Shown in pieces: positions 40,199 to 50,004 of a stretch of DNA of 64,000 nt. The DNA is from Promethearchaeota archaeon (GTDB lineage Archaea > Asgardarchaeota > Lokiarchaeia > Sigyniarchaeales > SOKP01). The stretch is taken from contig JAHPZJ010000008.1 of assembly GCA_019058245.1 (NCBI GenBank), positions 32,001 to 96,000 of the forward strand. Direction: 5' to 3'. The first letter of the stretch is position 1. Each line of letters opens with the position of its first letter. Below the pieces are notes generated by a model. It did not search any database. It saw only the letters and a list, made by a program, of their open reading frames with translations, and was not told where the DNA came from. A program made the position numbers and the translations under genes.

Positions 40199-41413
40199 TT
40201 AGAGAGATTCTGCAAATTCTTTTTTCTCTGGCCATTTCTTTACATAACAACGAACTGGAAAACCATTTGAAATTGCAGCTAGACAACGATTGCAAGAAAT
40301 ACAAGCTGCCTTTTCTTGTTTTCCTTCTTTAAAAGATTTAACTAAATAAGGTTCCCTAATGAATGGTCTTGCCATTGAAATAAAATCTGTAAAGCCTTTT
40401 TTTATAATTTCTTCAAAATAAGCTTTATTTCTCAAACCACCTACGACAACTATGGGTAATTTACCAACAATTTTTTTGATTTCTTTTGCAGCCTCAACAT
40501 TATAACCTTCCTCTAATTCAAATTTTCCTTTTATGTCTAAGAAAGATTTTTCTGCTAATGGTTTTATCTTATCTGGTAAAAATTCAGTAAATTCTTTAAC
40601 CGGAACAGTTCCACGACACATATTAAATATAGAGAAAGTTGTTGAACCTGCGCTAACCTCAATTCCATCAATACCTGAATTTTTAAGCCATTTTGCATAT
40701 TTACATGCTAAGGGGATATCGATTCCTTTTCTTGGAGTGTAATCTACAGTATTAAGTTTTAATAAAAGAGCCATATCTCTTGGAATGACTTTTTTAATGT
40801 TTATTATAAGTTCTTTGGCATATTTAAAACGATTTTCATCTGTTCCACCCCACTTATCTTTTCTACGATTATAAAAAGGAGAGAGAAACTGATTGATTAA
40901 GTATCCATGAGCACTATGCAATTGAATTGCATCCGCGCCTGCTTCAACTGTACGCCTAGCAGCCTTAATAAATGATTCAATTGACTCTTGGATATCTTCT
41001 TCGGTCATTTCTTTTGGTTTGGTAAAGGTTATTGGATTCATAACTTGTTTGGAGGGCCCCAAAGGAAGAGAACCTATTATTTCTTTATGTGTTTGCAATC
41101 CTCCATGTCCTATTTGAAATGCAACTTTTCCATCTTCTCTATGAATCATGTTAACCATTCGTTTTAGACTAGGAATTAAATCATCATTATGAATTCCTGT
41201 TTGATGTTTGGATATCTGTCCTAAAGGATGCACATACATAAAGCCTGTAATAATTAAACCAATTTTACCTTTAGCAAGAGTGCTAAAAAGTTTAATAAGT
41301 TGTTCAGATACTTCACCAGATTCATGAGCCAAATTGGTAACTACTGCTGAACGTACAAAACGATTTTTTACTTCCATTTTTCCAATTTTCATTGATTTAA
41401 ATAAAATTGAAAT
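40199..41413 (-). CDS. NADH:flavin oxidoreductase (OYE family), third paralogue
   Basis: KNRFVRSA, HSAHGY, CISCNRC. Start proposed at ATT 41413 (ORF track gives ATG 41392). Confidence 0.9.
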   Translation of the reverse strand: MSILFKSMKIGKMEVKNRFVRSAVVTNLAHESGEVSEQLIKLFSTLAKGKIGLIITGFMYVHPLGQISKHQTGIHNDDLIPSLKRMVNMIHREDGKVAFQIGHGGLQTHKEIIGSLPLGPSKQVMNPITFTKPKEMTEEDIQESIESFIKAARRTVEAGADAIQLHSAHGYLINQFLSPFYNRRKDKWGGTDENRFKYAKELIINIKKVIPRDMALLLKLNTVDYTPRKGIDIPLACKYAKWLKNSGIDGIEVSAGSTTFSIFNMCRGTVPVKEFTEFLPDKIKPLAEKSFLDIKGKFELEEGYNVEAAKEIKKIVGKLPIVVVGGLRNKAYFEEIIKKGFTDFISMARPFIREPYLVKSFKEGKQEKAACISCNRCLAAISNGFPVRCYVKKWPEKKEFAESL

Positions 41414-41649
41414 AATTTATCACCATTTTTACTTATTTCATAAATTTTTTTTTTATTTTGATATCCCTTAGTAAATATAACAGTTAATTAATAGTTGGGG
41501 ATACTTATGACATTTAAAATTCTTAGATAACTTTATTATCTAATTTTTAATGATTTCTTTTATTTAAATAAAGAAAACACACTTTTTAATTAAAGTTAAA
41601 CCTTTAAATTGTTTAATGAAATTTAATATAACAGAATAATTAATCTATT

Positions 41650-42006
41650 TTGGAAATTTTGAAAGAAAAAAGATGTCGGGTTATTAAGAAATACGAATCG
41701 CCATATACAGATCCTTTTTTAATAACTAAGGGAGAAATGTTATCTATTAGCGAAAAAGATAGTGAATGGTCAGGATGGATATGGTGTACTAAAAAAAATG
41801 GAATAAGTCGTTGGGTACCTGAGAGTTACCTTAAAATCGAGGGAAATTCTGGTAAAGCAAACCAAGATTATAATGCAACAGAACTTTCTGTTAATTTTGG
41901 AGAAGAATTATTCATTGAACAAGAAGAAGCTGAATGGTATTGGGTTACAAATCAGCAAGGAAAAAGTGGATGGGTTCCAATTAAAAATGTTCAAATAATT
42001 AACTAA
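41650..42006 (+). CDS. Tandem SH3-domain protein
   Basis: Two SH3 units: Y......F.I.KGE..GWIWC..WVPESYL and DYNATELSV..GE..WYWV..GWVP..NV. Confidence 0.82.
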   Translation: MEILKEKRCRVIKKYESPYTDPFLITKGEMLSISEKDSEWSGWIWCTKKNGISRWVPESYLKIEGNSGKANQDYNATELSVNFGEELFIEQEEAEWYWVTNQQGKSGWVPIKNVQIIN

Positions 42007-42056
42007 AATTAAAATCATAGATTATTTATTAGAATCATAAACAAATTAATTTTAAA

Positions 42057-42866
42057 ATGCTAAAATACTCAAGCAGTAAAGAATGGTTCGAAATCATAAA
42101 ATATAAGGATTATTTATATGTAATCAGGGAAAGATTAGATGAAATTGATCCTCGGTTTTATACTACTTACACTAATTTATATTTACTTATAGGCGCTCAT
42201 TCAGCTTTATTGATTGATACGGGATGTGGTTTATTTCCACTCAAATCGATTATTGAAGATTTAATTTTGGATAAGATTCTACTAGTTATCAATACCCACT
42301 CTCATTTTGATCATGTTTGTGGAAATCATGAATTTGATAATATAATGATTCATAGAAGAGAACGTAGGCTAATTTCTAAACCTCGTGATATCGCATTTTT
42401 ACGTGATTCACCCAAAGAAATAATAAAACGCTATGAAAATAGTGGTTTCATAATACCACCTACTAAAGAAATCCAACCAGTAACAGATAACCAAGTTTTA
42501 GAGTTAGGTGGTTTATCTGTTAAAATTATTCATACACCTGGACATTCTCCTGGTTCAATATCTTTATTAACGGATAAAAATGAACTATTTACTGGAGATA
42601 CAGCACATTATGGAATGATGTATTTAACAAAAGCAGCATTTCCCATATTTCTTACAAGTATTATAAAATTGTTAGAATTATGTGAAGAGTCAAATAAAAT
42701 TGAAATCTATCCTTCTCATGAAGAATTTGCTGTTGGAAAAGATTTATTGGTAAATCTCAGTAATGGTGTAAAAAATATTGAGCATATTTGGGATACACGT
42801 AAAAGAGATGATTTTTTAGAAGCGTGGTTATTATCAGATGAGAATTTTAAATATTTAATTTTTTGA
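42057..42866 (+). CDS. Metallo-beta-lactamase fold hydrolase
   Basis: THSHFDH, TPGHSPG, TGD, PSH. Confidence 0.9.
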   Translation: MLKYSSSKEWFEIIKYKDYLYVIRERLDEIDPRFYTTYTNLYLLIGAHSALLIDTGCGLFPLKSIIEDLILDKILLVINTHSHFDHVCGNHEFDNIMIHRRERRLISKPRDIAFLRDSPKEIIKRYENSGFIIPPTKEIQPVTDNQVLELGGLSVKIIHTPGHSPGSISLLTDKNELFTGDTAHYGMMYLTKAAFPIFLTSIIKLLELCEESNKIEIYPSHEEFAVGKDLLVNLSNGVKNIEHIWDTRKRDDFLEAWLLSDENFKYLIF

Positions 42867-42882
42867 ATTGATTTTTCTCTAA

Positions 42883-43338
42883 TTACATTTTCATTTTGAC
42901 TGCTATTATTTCGCCTGTTGCACATTCTTTATCTCTAACAAACATCGAACATGAAATATTAATTTTCCTTTCCTGCATATCCTTAATTCGCGCTCTGAAA
43001 ACCCACTGTTTATTCAATGGGGCCGGATTTAGATATTTCACAGATAAACTTCCTGTTAAATATAGCATTGGTGGATCTGTGCCAAATTCTCGACCTTCAG
43101 CTCTATAAGCGGCGGAAATTGCAGTATTAAGACAGTGACAATCAAGAATAGTGGCAATTATTCCCCCACATCCTCTACCTGAAAAGGCACAGTGATATTT
43201 TTTTGGTTTCCATGTACACACACATTCATCTCCTTCCCAATAGCTCTTTATCTGCAATCCATGCTCATTATTCCTCCCGCATCCCCAACAATAAGTGCCC
43301 ATTTCAGGCCATTGATCTTGTATTGCTCTATTTTCCAT
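42883..43338 (-). CDS. PaaI/hotdog thioesterase
   Basis: CWGCG..N.HGL, GGIIATILDCH, LSVKYLNP. Confidence 0.85.
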   Translation of the reverse strand: MENRAIQDQWPEMGTYCWGCGRNNEHGLQIKSYWEGDECVCTWKPKKYHCAFSGRGCGGIIATILDCHCLNTAISAAYRAEGREFGTDPPMLYLTGSLSVKYLNPAPLNKQWVFRARIKDMQERKINISCSMFVRDKECATGEIIAVKMKM

Positions 43339-43468
43339 AAATAATCCTCTTTTTTGATTTTATATAAATTTATTTCTTTAATAATTTGAAATAACGTTAT
43401 TATCTTTGCTATAATTCCCTTATGAAATATCAATATTATTTAAAAAGTTTTAAGATAAATTGAGGAAA

Positions 43469-44182
43469 TTAAGTCTTTTTCCACCAGTAAGGAATTTCAA
43501 CATTTTTTAATTTATTATTATTAAAAAGTAAGATATCATCCTCATTAAAAGAAAGCGCGAATCCTCCTAGATATGATACCCAATTCTTACATGGAGGAAT
43601 TCCAAACCAACCAAAACGTAGTGCTATTAAAAAAAAGTCATGTGTAATATGGATATCTATGTTTCTATCAGGACTCTCTTTAAATTTCTTCGAAAATAGT
43701 TCAGCTGCTTTTTTACAGTATTCCTGTAGAGGTGTTATTTCATTTGGTAAATATAAACCTGCGATCCAGCGAAAAAAGAACTGCTTAGCTGAATGCGTTT
43801 TCATTTGATTTGGGAAAAAGTCTCGCGCAGTTTCTAAATTATAAAGAGGCCCAAAGGAACCTGATATTTCACCTTCGCCATCAATACCTTTAAATCCAGA
43901 TAAAATGTCTTCTGCTGTTTCTTGACATCTCCAAACAACGCTATGAAATAATCGAATGGATCTATCTCTAGGTAATTCTTCACCGAATTTCTTAGCAATC
44001 ATATGTCCTTCAGGTGTTAATCTAAGTTTGGTTATTGCATCTAACTCTTCAGGTTCATCTCTTTGAGAATGTCTAAGAATAAGGAGAATTTTTGAATTAT
44101 CTGGAAATTTTTTAAGTCCATCGATTATTTGTCGTGCTTCAGAAGTCCAATCTGCTTCTTTCCAAATTTTATTGATATCCAT
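43469..44182 (-). CDS. Histidine phosphatase family protein
   Basis: LRHS, LTPEG, RCQETA, ITHD. Confidence 0.82.
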   Translation of the reverse strand: MDINKIWKEADWTSEARQIIDGLKKFPDNSKILLILRHSQRDEPEELDAITKLRLTPEGHMIAKKFGEELPRDRSIRLFHSVVWRCQETAEDILSGFKGIDGEGEISGSFGPLYNLETARDFFPNQMKTHSAKQFFFRWIAGLYLPNEITPLQEYCKKAAELFSKKFKESPDRNIDIHITHDFFLIALRFGWFGIPPCKNWVSYLGGFALSFNEDDILLFNNNKLKNVEIPYWWKKT

Positions 44183-44284
44183 ATAAATTAAAACATTATA
44201 TACCTTTAGAAAATTTACTTTTTATAAATTAAAAGCATAAGTTATTTTTGAAGCGATATTTATAATTAAAATAACTAAAGTAGG

Positions 44285-44620
44285 CTATTTTTCACTCAAT
44301 CCAGTTAAGACTTGCTCCATTTTCTCTCGGTAAATTTCAAAAGCTTCTCTGCCTTCTTTACTGAGTTTTAATATAGTTTGCGGTTTTTTACCCTTAAACT
44401 TTTTTTCTACTTCCACGTATCCTACAGATTCAAGTCTGTTTAAATGAGAAGATAAATTTCCATCAGTTAATCCCGTTTGATTTCTCAAGAAAACGAAATC
44501 AGCACTCTCAACGACATATAAAACTGACATAATCATCAATCTTGATGGTTCATGAATGATTTTATCAATGTCGCTGAGTGGTTGGATAATATCCTCTGAC
44601 TCCGCTTTCTTCTTTGCCAT
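44285..44620 (-). CDS. Winged-helix transcriptional regulator (HTH_34/MarR-like)
   Basis: IHEPSRLMIMSVL, LTDGNLSSHL..LE..GYV, EGREAF. Confidence 0.9.
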   Translation of the reverse strand: MAKKKAESEDIIQPLSDIDKIIHEPSRLMIMSVLYVVESADFVFLRNQTGLTDGNLSSHLNRLESVGYVEVEKKFKGKKPQTILKLSKEGREAFEIYREKMEQVLTGLSEK

Positions 44621-44630
44621 TGAAACACTC

Positions 44631-45266
44631 CTATTTTGTTAACTGATAATTTCTAAAAAATGTTATAAAATAATATAAGCCAATTACTACAATTACCCCT
44701 CCCGTAATACCAAAAGGAAGTAATATATCCAGAGGGGTCCCTACAATTGGATAAAGCAATTCTGTTAAAAAAAAACCTAATCCTGCCAGAATGGCATAAA
44801 TATATAATCTTGTGAAATCTAGAAAATAAGCTACTACCACAAAAGGTAAGGTTATTCCCCCTAATCCAAGAATTAATGTTATTATGAGTGGTTCGAATTC
44901 TATGGAATTAACTAAGTTTGAAAAAGGTAAAATCAATAGAACGATATTTAAAATGAAAAATGCAAATAAAAATATCCTGAGTTTTTGTTGCTTTGATTTA
45001 CGCTTTGGTCCAAATTTGACAATTCCTAGACGCGGAATAGTGATAAGTTTTTTCCCTAAATAAAATATCAAAAAGGCACTAATGTTTAATATTAAAACTG
45101 GAATAACAGCAAGCCATAACTCACTCAAATTGAGAATTGAACTCAAAAAGGTACTAAGCCCTACACTTAATATAATCAAACCGATAAATAAATCCCATAA
45201 CCCATCCTCGAATATTGACCTATAAGCTTTTCTCTCAAGCGATTTTAAATCTACATTTTCAGCCAT
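44631..45266 (-). CDS. Membrane protein, paralogue 1
   Basis: About 6 TM; DG..D...G and PRLGIVKF motifs shared with the two neighbours. Confidence 0.75.
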   Translation of the reverse strand: MAENVDLKSLERKAYRSIFEDGLWDLFIGLIILSVGLSTFLSSILNLSELWLAVIPVLILNISAFLIFYLGKKLITIPRLGIVKFGPKRKSKQQKLRIFLFAFFILNIVLLILPFSNLVNSIEFEPLIITLILGLGGITLPFVVVAYFLDFTRLYIYAILAGLGFFLTELLYPIVGTPLDILLPFGITGGVIVVIGLYYFITFFRNYQLTK

Positions 45267-45269
45267 ATA

Positions 45270-45908
45270 TTAAGCCCTCTCCTCTTTTGGTAATGGATAT
45301 TTCTTAAGAAAACGAATAAAAAGTACTAAACCCATTAAAAAAATAACACTTCCTATAATCCCATATGATAAAAGCCATCTAACAGTATAATCTATGTAAT
45401 CATACAATAACTCATTGATGAATATAGCTAACCATATAAGCAATCCGATTAGATATAATCGGGGATATTTCATCAAATAGCCAATTATTCCAAAAATAGG
45501 TATAATAAATAAACCTATAATTAATATAAACATAATTCCTGTTACTTTTATCCCTGAACCACTTCCTGTAATTAATAAGATAATAAATATTAACTGGATT
45601 GTTACTTGAATAATTATCACAATGAATAATTTTTTTCTCATTGATTTTATAGAAGCACCTGGTTTAGCAATCCCTGTTCTCGGTTGAATGACGTATTTAA
45701 TAATAGTAATAAGACACACCTCCGCTATTATCACAAGAATTAATGGCCATAAAAAATACTTATATGGTGAGGGTAAGGTTTCACGAAAGAAAGGACCAAA
45801 ACTCATTCCCGCGACTATAAAGCCAATAAGCATATCAAAGGCCCCATGCTGGTGGGCTGTTTTGAGAATATTTTTCTCAATTTTTTTTAAATCAATATTC
45901 TCTACCAT
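45270..45908 (-). CDS. Membrane protein, paralogue 2
   Basis: HGAFD, PRTGIAK, FLKKYP. Confidence 0.75.
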   Translation of the reverse strand: MVENIDLKKIEKNILKTAHQHGAFDMLIGFIVAGMSFGPFFRETLPSPYKYFLWPLILVIIAEVCLITIIKYVIQPRTGIAKPGASIKSMRKKLFIVIIIQVTIQLIFIILLITGSGSGIKVTGIMFILIIGLFIIPIFGIIGYLMKYPRLYLIGLLIWLAIFINELLYDYIDYTVRWLLSYGIIGSVIFLMGLVLFIRFLKKYPLPKEERA

Positions 45909-45911
45909 TTT

Positions 45912-46550
45912 TTAAGCCATCTCCTCTTTATGTACTGGGTATTTCTGGAGAAATTTGATTAAAGAAATAAGACCCATGAGTATTATTATTCCACTTACAA
46001 TGCTAAATACTATTAAAACATCAAAAGGTTCAGGTAGAAAAAGTGAGAATACATCTGACAAAAAGAAACTTAATCCTACCAGTAAACCGAAAATATAAAA
46101 AGGAGGATGTTGTAAGAAATATGCTGTAAAACATACAGGAGCTGTTATAAAAAGTAATCCTAAAATTAATCCATCTAAATATCCTGGAAATTCTAAGCTT
46201 AATTCAGGATTAGTAAATCGGATTAAAAATAGGATTAAAAGAATAAGGAGATTTATAGATAATACAAATAATGTTTTTAATTTACGCCCTTTTCGTTTAA
46301 TTCCAAATTTTACTATACCTAATCTAGGTTGAGTAATTAATTTTTTTGCAGTTAAAAAAAAAGCTAACCCTATTCCAATAAAAATAATTATAATAAATTT
46401 ATCGAGAGGGTTAGGCACCACAGGACTAAGAGTCATCCCCATACCAAGCCCTAGAATTAATATACCAAAATAAATATCCAAAATTCCATCTTCGAGTGTC
46501 GATCTCCATGTTTTTTTCTCGATTTCCTTTAAATCAATCTTTTCTGTTAT
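45912..46550 (-). CDS. Membrane protein, paralogue 3
   Basis: DGILD, PRLGIVKF, FLQKYP. Start proposed at ATA 46550; the track's GTG 46559 lies inside the SD AAGGTGA. Confidence 0.75.
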   Translation of the reverse strand: MTEKIDLKEIEKKTWRSTLEDGILDIYFGILILGLGMGMTLSPVVPNPLDKFIIIIFIGIGLAFFLTAKKLITQPRLGIVKFGIKRKGRKLKTLFVLSINLLILLILFLIRFTNPELSLEFPGYLDGLILGLLFITAPVCFTAYFLQHPPFYIFGLLVGLSFFLSDVFSLFLPEPFDVLIVFSIVSGIIILMGLISLIKFLQKYPVHKEEMA

Positions 46551-46573
46551 TTTTTTCACCTTAATATTATATT

Positions 46574-46669
46574 TTAAGACATATTATCTAAGAATATCAT
46601 GATGTTTACTATAAAAATTGCAGAAAACACAATGATTAATATGATTCTTAAAACTAATATCTTTTTCAT
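46574..46669 (-). CDS. 31-aa single-TM peptide (not in the ORF track)
   Basis: GGAGG SD, then MKKILVLRIILIIVFSAIFIVNIMIFLDNMS*. Confidence 0.45.
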   Translation of the reverse strand: MKKILVLRIILIIVFSAIFIVNIMIFLDNMS

Positions 46670-46759
46670 TAATTTATCCTCCGTTGATTTATTATTTTTT
46701 ATTTCTTAATTGATAACCTATTAAAAAAAAGAAAGAAATGAAATTTCTTCGAACTTATT

Positions 46760-48439
46760 TTACTCCAATCTATTCAATTTTTTCATACCAAAATACAAAA
46801 GTGGAAGACTCACCCCGATATTATACAGAAATAAAGGTGCTTGTATAACTACCCTCATCAACTCGACACTTCCAGGATTAATAAATATCAATAAGCTTAT
46901 TGGTAGAAACATTAAAGGTTGTAAAAGTAACATAGAGATCATTGTATTTCCTTTCATACTTGAATCTTTTTCTCCGAAAGCGGGAGAAATACATTGGAGT
47001 CCCATCGCTTGACACATTGAAATCTCTGCAAATATCAAAAATTCAACAAAGAAAATCACTGTATTGAAAAGATCTATATCAGAGAATATCGTAAGCATTG
47101 TAGTAACAAAAATTGTTAAGAAGATATTAAAGATTAGCATCATAAGCAGATAAGAATATACAATTGCTTTTATTCCCCTTGGAGATCTCTTGTAAACCCA
47201 AATTAAATCCTTCGAATCAATAAAAGCGAGATGACCAACAATTATACTTCCTATTCCTCCTCCTATAGCTATCAATATAGTAGAACTGAAAACTATCATA
47301 GCTTCATCCTCAACCATTCTTGAAATAAACCAACTCATAAATCCTAGAAGTCCAACTACATAAGCAACTCTAGCAATATTGGCCTTTTTTCTGAAAAACC
47401 TCTTTAGTTGTATAACAATTAAACCTCCCCACTTACGACCAGAAATTTTTCTCACGAGCTTATAAAAGGGATTTTCATGCTCAATGATTGTAATACTGCT
47501 CTTTTCGACACCACCTTCTAAAGTATAGAAGGATTCCGCTTTTCTATATGAAAGATATAATGTAATAATTGGTATTCCAACGGCTAATAACACATTAATC
47601 CATATATTCAAAATGAAAGTATTGATTAAAACTGGATCAATTGAGTACAATATAATATTTGAAAACCATAGAGATGGATAAAAAGCTAGCCAGTTTTTTA
47701 GTTCAGGATGCTCCAATAGATAGTTAAGGAAAAACATTATCGCGTACATTATTACAACTAAAAGAATGGTAAATACCCATACCAATGCCTTTCCTAAATC
47801 TCTTGCTTTTTCATTTTTAGAAATTTTATGTTCAATCCAGCTTCCGACGATTGATCCTATTAGATTAGCAAAATATACATGACCAAAAACTATTCCATAT
47901 ATTATGAGATACTGGAACACCGTTAAATTAATAATAGGATTTATCAATCCAACGATTATAGGGGTAATTATTAAGATTGCAACTGAATACATAGGAGCTT
48001 TACCTAAGAATTCGCCTAAAAAGATATCATTTGCCCTAACGGGGGTTGCTAATAAAATTTCTTTAGATCCAATTTCTTCCTCCTTATATATATTATTTAA
48101 CGGGTATATGACTAAAACTAAAAACAGCATCATCATAATAGATTCGATGGTAATTGCTATCACCGGTTTAAATACATCAGAAAATTGTTCTGCTAAAGTG
48201 GGCATAAACAAATCGAATAGATAAGGTGCAATAACTACTGCCCATATTATTAAAAGTGAATACAATGCAATAAAAAATAACATACGATGATTTCTGAAAG
48301 AACTTGTTCTAATTCTTATCTCATTTCTTGCAATAGTTTTCCATAAACTCTTCTTTTGATGTGCTAGTCTAATAGAAGCTTCCTTTTTAATATCGGTTAC
48401 GGTTGAATCCATTACTTCTTCAGTTGTGAGAACTGTCAC
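46760..48439 (-). CDS. ABC exporter permease, paralogue of 17172-18788
   Basis: LLATPV..DIFLGEF, HPELKN, KDLIWVYKRSP. Start moved to GTG 48439, after the ATPase stop. Confidence 0.8.
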   Translation of the reverse strand: MTVLTTEEVMDSTVTDIKKEASIRLAHQKKSLWKTIARNEIRIRTSSFRNHRMLFFIALYSLLIIWAVVIAPYLFDLFMPTLAEQFSDVFKPVIAITIESIMMMLFLVLVIYPLNNIYKEEEIGSKEILLATPVRANDIFLGEFLGKAPMYSVAILIITPIIVGLINPIINLTVFQYLIIYGIVFGHVYFANLIGSIVGSWIEHKISKNEKARDLGKALVWVFTILLVVIMYAIMFFLNYLLEHPELKNWLAFYPSLWFSNIILYSIDPVLINTFILNIWINVLLAVGIPIITLYLSYRKAESFYTLEGGVEKSSITIIEHENPFYKLVRKISGRKWGGLIVIQLKRFFRKKANIARVAYVVGLLGFMSWFISRMVEDEAMIVFSSTILIAIGGGIGSIIVGHLAFIDSKDLIWVYKRSPRGIKAIVYSYLLMMLIFNIFLTIFVTTMLTIFSDIDLFNTVIFFVEFLIFAEISMCQAMGLQCISPAFGEKDSSMKGNTMISMLLLQPLMFLPISLLIFINPGSVELMRVVIQAPLFLYNIGVSLPLLYFGMKKLNRLE

Positions 48440-48446
48440 GTGAAAT

Positions 48447-49280
48447 CTACCTCGATCTTTTATTTTTCTTATTTTTGTTTTTTTTACTTTCATTATGATT
48501 ATTGTTAGGATTCTCCTCTCGCCAGCCAAGTAAATCATCTATATGGGATGCTCCTGTAATTTTTAAGTATGCTTCTTCTAAATCTCTAGCTCCAACAGAT
48601 TCAATTATCTCTTTTGGTGTTCCTTCGACTTTTATTTCTCCATCAATAATGATTCCAATGATATCACATAATTCTTCAGCTGTATCGAGAAGATGAGTAC
48701 AAATAAAAATCGTTTTTTCAGCTTTCTTGACCAGTTGAGAAATTAAATCTTTAACCATTCTAGCTGCAGCAGGATCTAAATTTGATGTAGGCTCATCTAA
48801 AAATATTATTTCTGGATCTTGAATTAAAGCAGCACATAAACAAACTTTTTGTTTCATACCTCTTGAATAACCCTCTAAAAGATCATTTTCTCGACCTTCT
48901 AAATTAAACAACTCTATTAACTCATCTATTCGAGCGGAAATTACACTTTTTTGCAAATAATATAATTCTCCAATGAATTCTAAGAATTCTTTAGCAGTAA
49001 GTTTCGAATATAATCCAGGGGCCTCCGGTAAAAATCCACATATCATTTTAACTTTCTGACTTTCCGCTACGATGTCATATCCTCCAACTGATGCGTTTCC
49101 TGAAGTCTTAGAAATAATAGCATTAAGCATCCTAACAGTTGTGGTTTTTCCGGCTCCGTTTGGTCCTAATAAACCATAGGTCTTTCCATAGGGGATGGTT
49201 AAATCTATTTTATTGACCGCAAGAAGTTCACCAAAATTCTTGGTAAGATTTTGGGTTTTTATTGCGTATGCTTTACTCAT
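48447..49280 (-). CDS. ABC transporter ATP-binding protein, paralogue of 18795-19610
   Basis: GPNGAGKTT, YSRGMKQK, FLDEPT. Confidence 0.95.
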   Translation of the reverse strand: MSKAYAIKTQNLTKNFGELLAVNKIDLTIPYGKTYGLLGPNGAGKTTTVRMLNAIISKTSGNASVGGYDIVAESQKVKMICGFLPEAPGLYSKLTAKEFLEFIGELYYLQKSVISARIDELIELFNLEGRENDLLEGYSRGMKQKVCLCAALIQDPEIIFLDEPTSNLDPAAARMVKDLISQLVKKAEKTIFICTHLLDTAEELCDIIGIIIDGEIKVEGTPKEIIESVGARDLEEAYLKITGASHIDDLLGWREENPNNNHNESKKNKNKKNKRSR

Positions 49281-49341
49281 ATTTTTTACCTCTTTTTTTG
49301 ATTAATTTTTAATTTTATTTTTTTTGTTTTTAGATTTGAAA

Positions 49342-49614
49342 TTATAATATGTAAAGAATTAACTTCATGCCTTCTGATATTATTAGGCATGAAAGTAATA
49401 GCCATAATACTTTTTTATATTGAAAATCTTGATCTTGTTCAGTTTTTAACCGTTGTTTAGTTTCAAAATAAATCGCTGGCATAATTATTAGAAATATTGG
49501 AATCATATCTCGGCGATCAAAAATAACATTATATGTAAGTAAAAGAATACTTGCAATATCCGAAATAACCAATGCAGCAATTAAGCCCCTCTCAGTAGTG
49601 TTCAAGGTTTTCAT
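49342..49614 (-). CDS. Small three-TM membrane protein
   Basis: Hydrophobic 90-aa ORF co-oriented with the ABC genes; GGAG SD. Confidence 0.55.
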   Translation of the reverse strand: MKTLNTTERGLIAALVISDIASILLLTYNVIFDRRDMIPIFLIIMPAIYFETKQRLKTEQDQDFQYKKVLWLLLSCLIISEGMKLILYIL

Positions 49615-49655
49615 CTTCTCTTTTTTACATCTCCAATCTTTTTTTAAATTCTTAA

Positions 49656-49877
49656 TTATATTTGATTCTCCATTTCGATTTTACTATTGTTTATTTCATT
49701 AGGAATATTCCTTTCAATTCGATATTTAATTAAAAAACCAAGATTCGTGGCTAAAGAAATTCCTAGAAACATTCCTTCTAAAAAGCTAATTAATGGTAGA
49801 TCTGGCAAGAACATACTCATTATTAGAGATATTGCTAAAGAACTTGTTCCAATGATATACATAAATTCTTTCTTCAT
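49656..49877 (-). CDS. Small two-TM membrane protein
   Basis: FLEGMFLGISL helical hairpin. Confidence 0.55.
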   Translation of the reverse strand: MKKEFMYIIGTSSLAISLIMSMFLPDLPLISFLEGMFLGISLATNLGFLIKYRIERNIPNEINNSKIEMENQI

Positions 49878-49987
49878 ATTTGAGCTAACCTAAATTGAAC
49901 TAATTGATATATTATAGATTTTGTTATTTTCATTCCATAGAGACTTTCTTAAGTCTTACTAAAATAATATGAAAAGAAATATTTAAA

Positions 49988-50004
49988 GCTTTGTATCGCA
50001 AAGT
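49988..50004. promoter_or_regulatory. Inverted repeat (G)CTTTG-N5-CAAAG(T) next to a TATA box; candidate operator
   Basis: Abuts minus-strand TTTAAATA (49980-49987); related ACTTTA-N5-ATAATT follows and AGACTT-N4-AAGTCT lies at 49941-49956. Confidence 0.5.

Noticed and set aside
48440-48538. N-terminal extension of the permease in the ORF track
   Set aside because: Overlaps the ATPase 3' end; GTG 48439 after a GAGGT SD is more plausible
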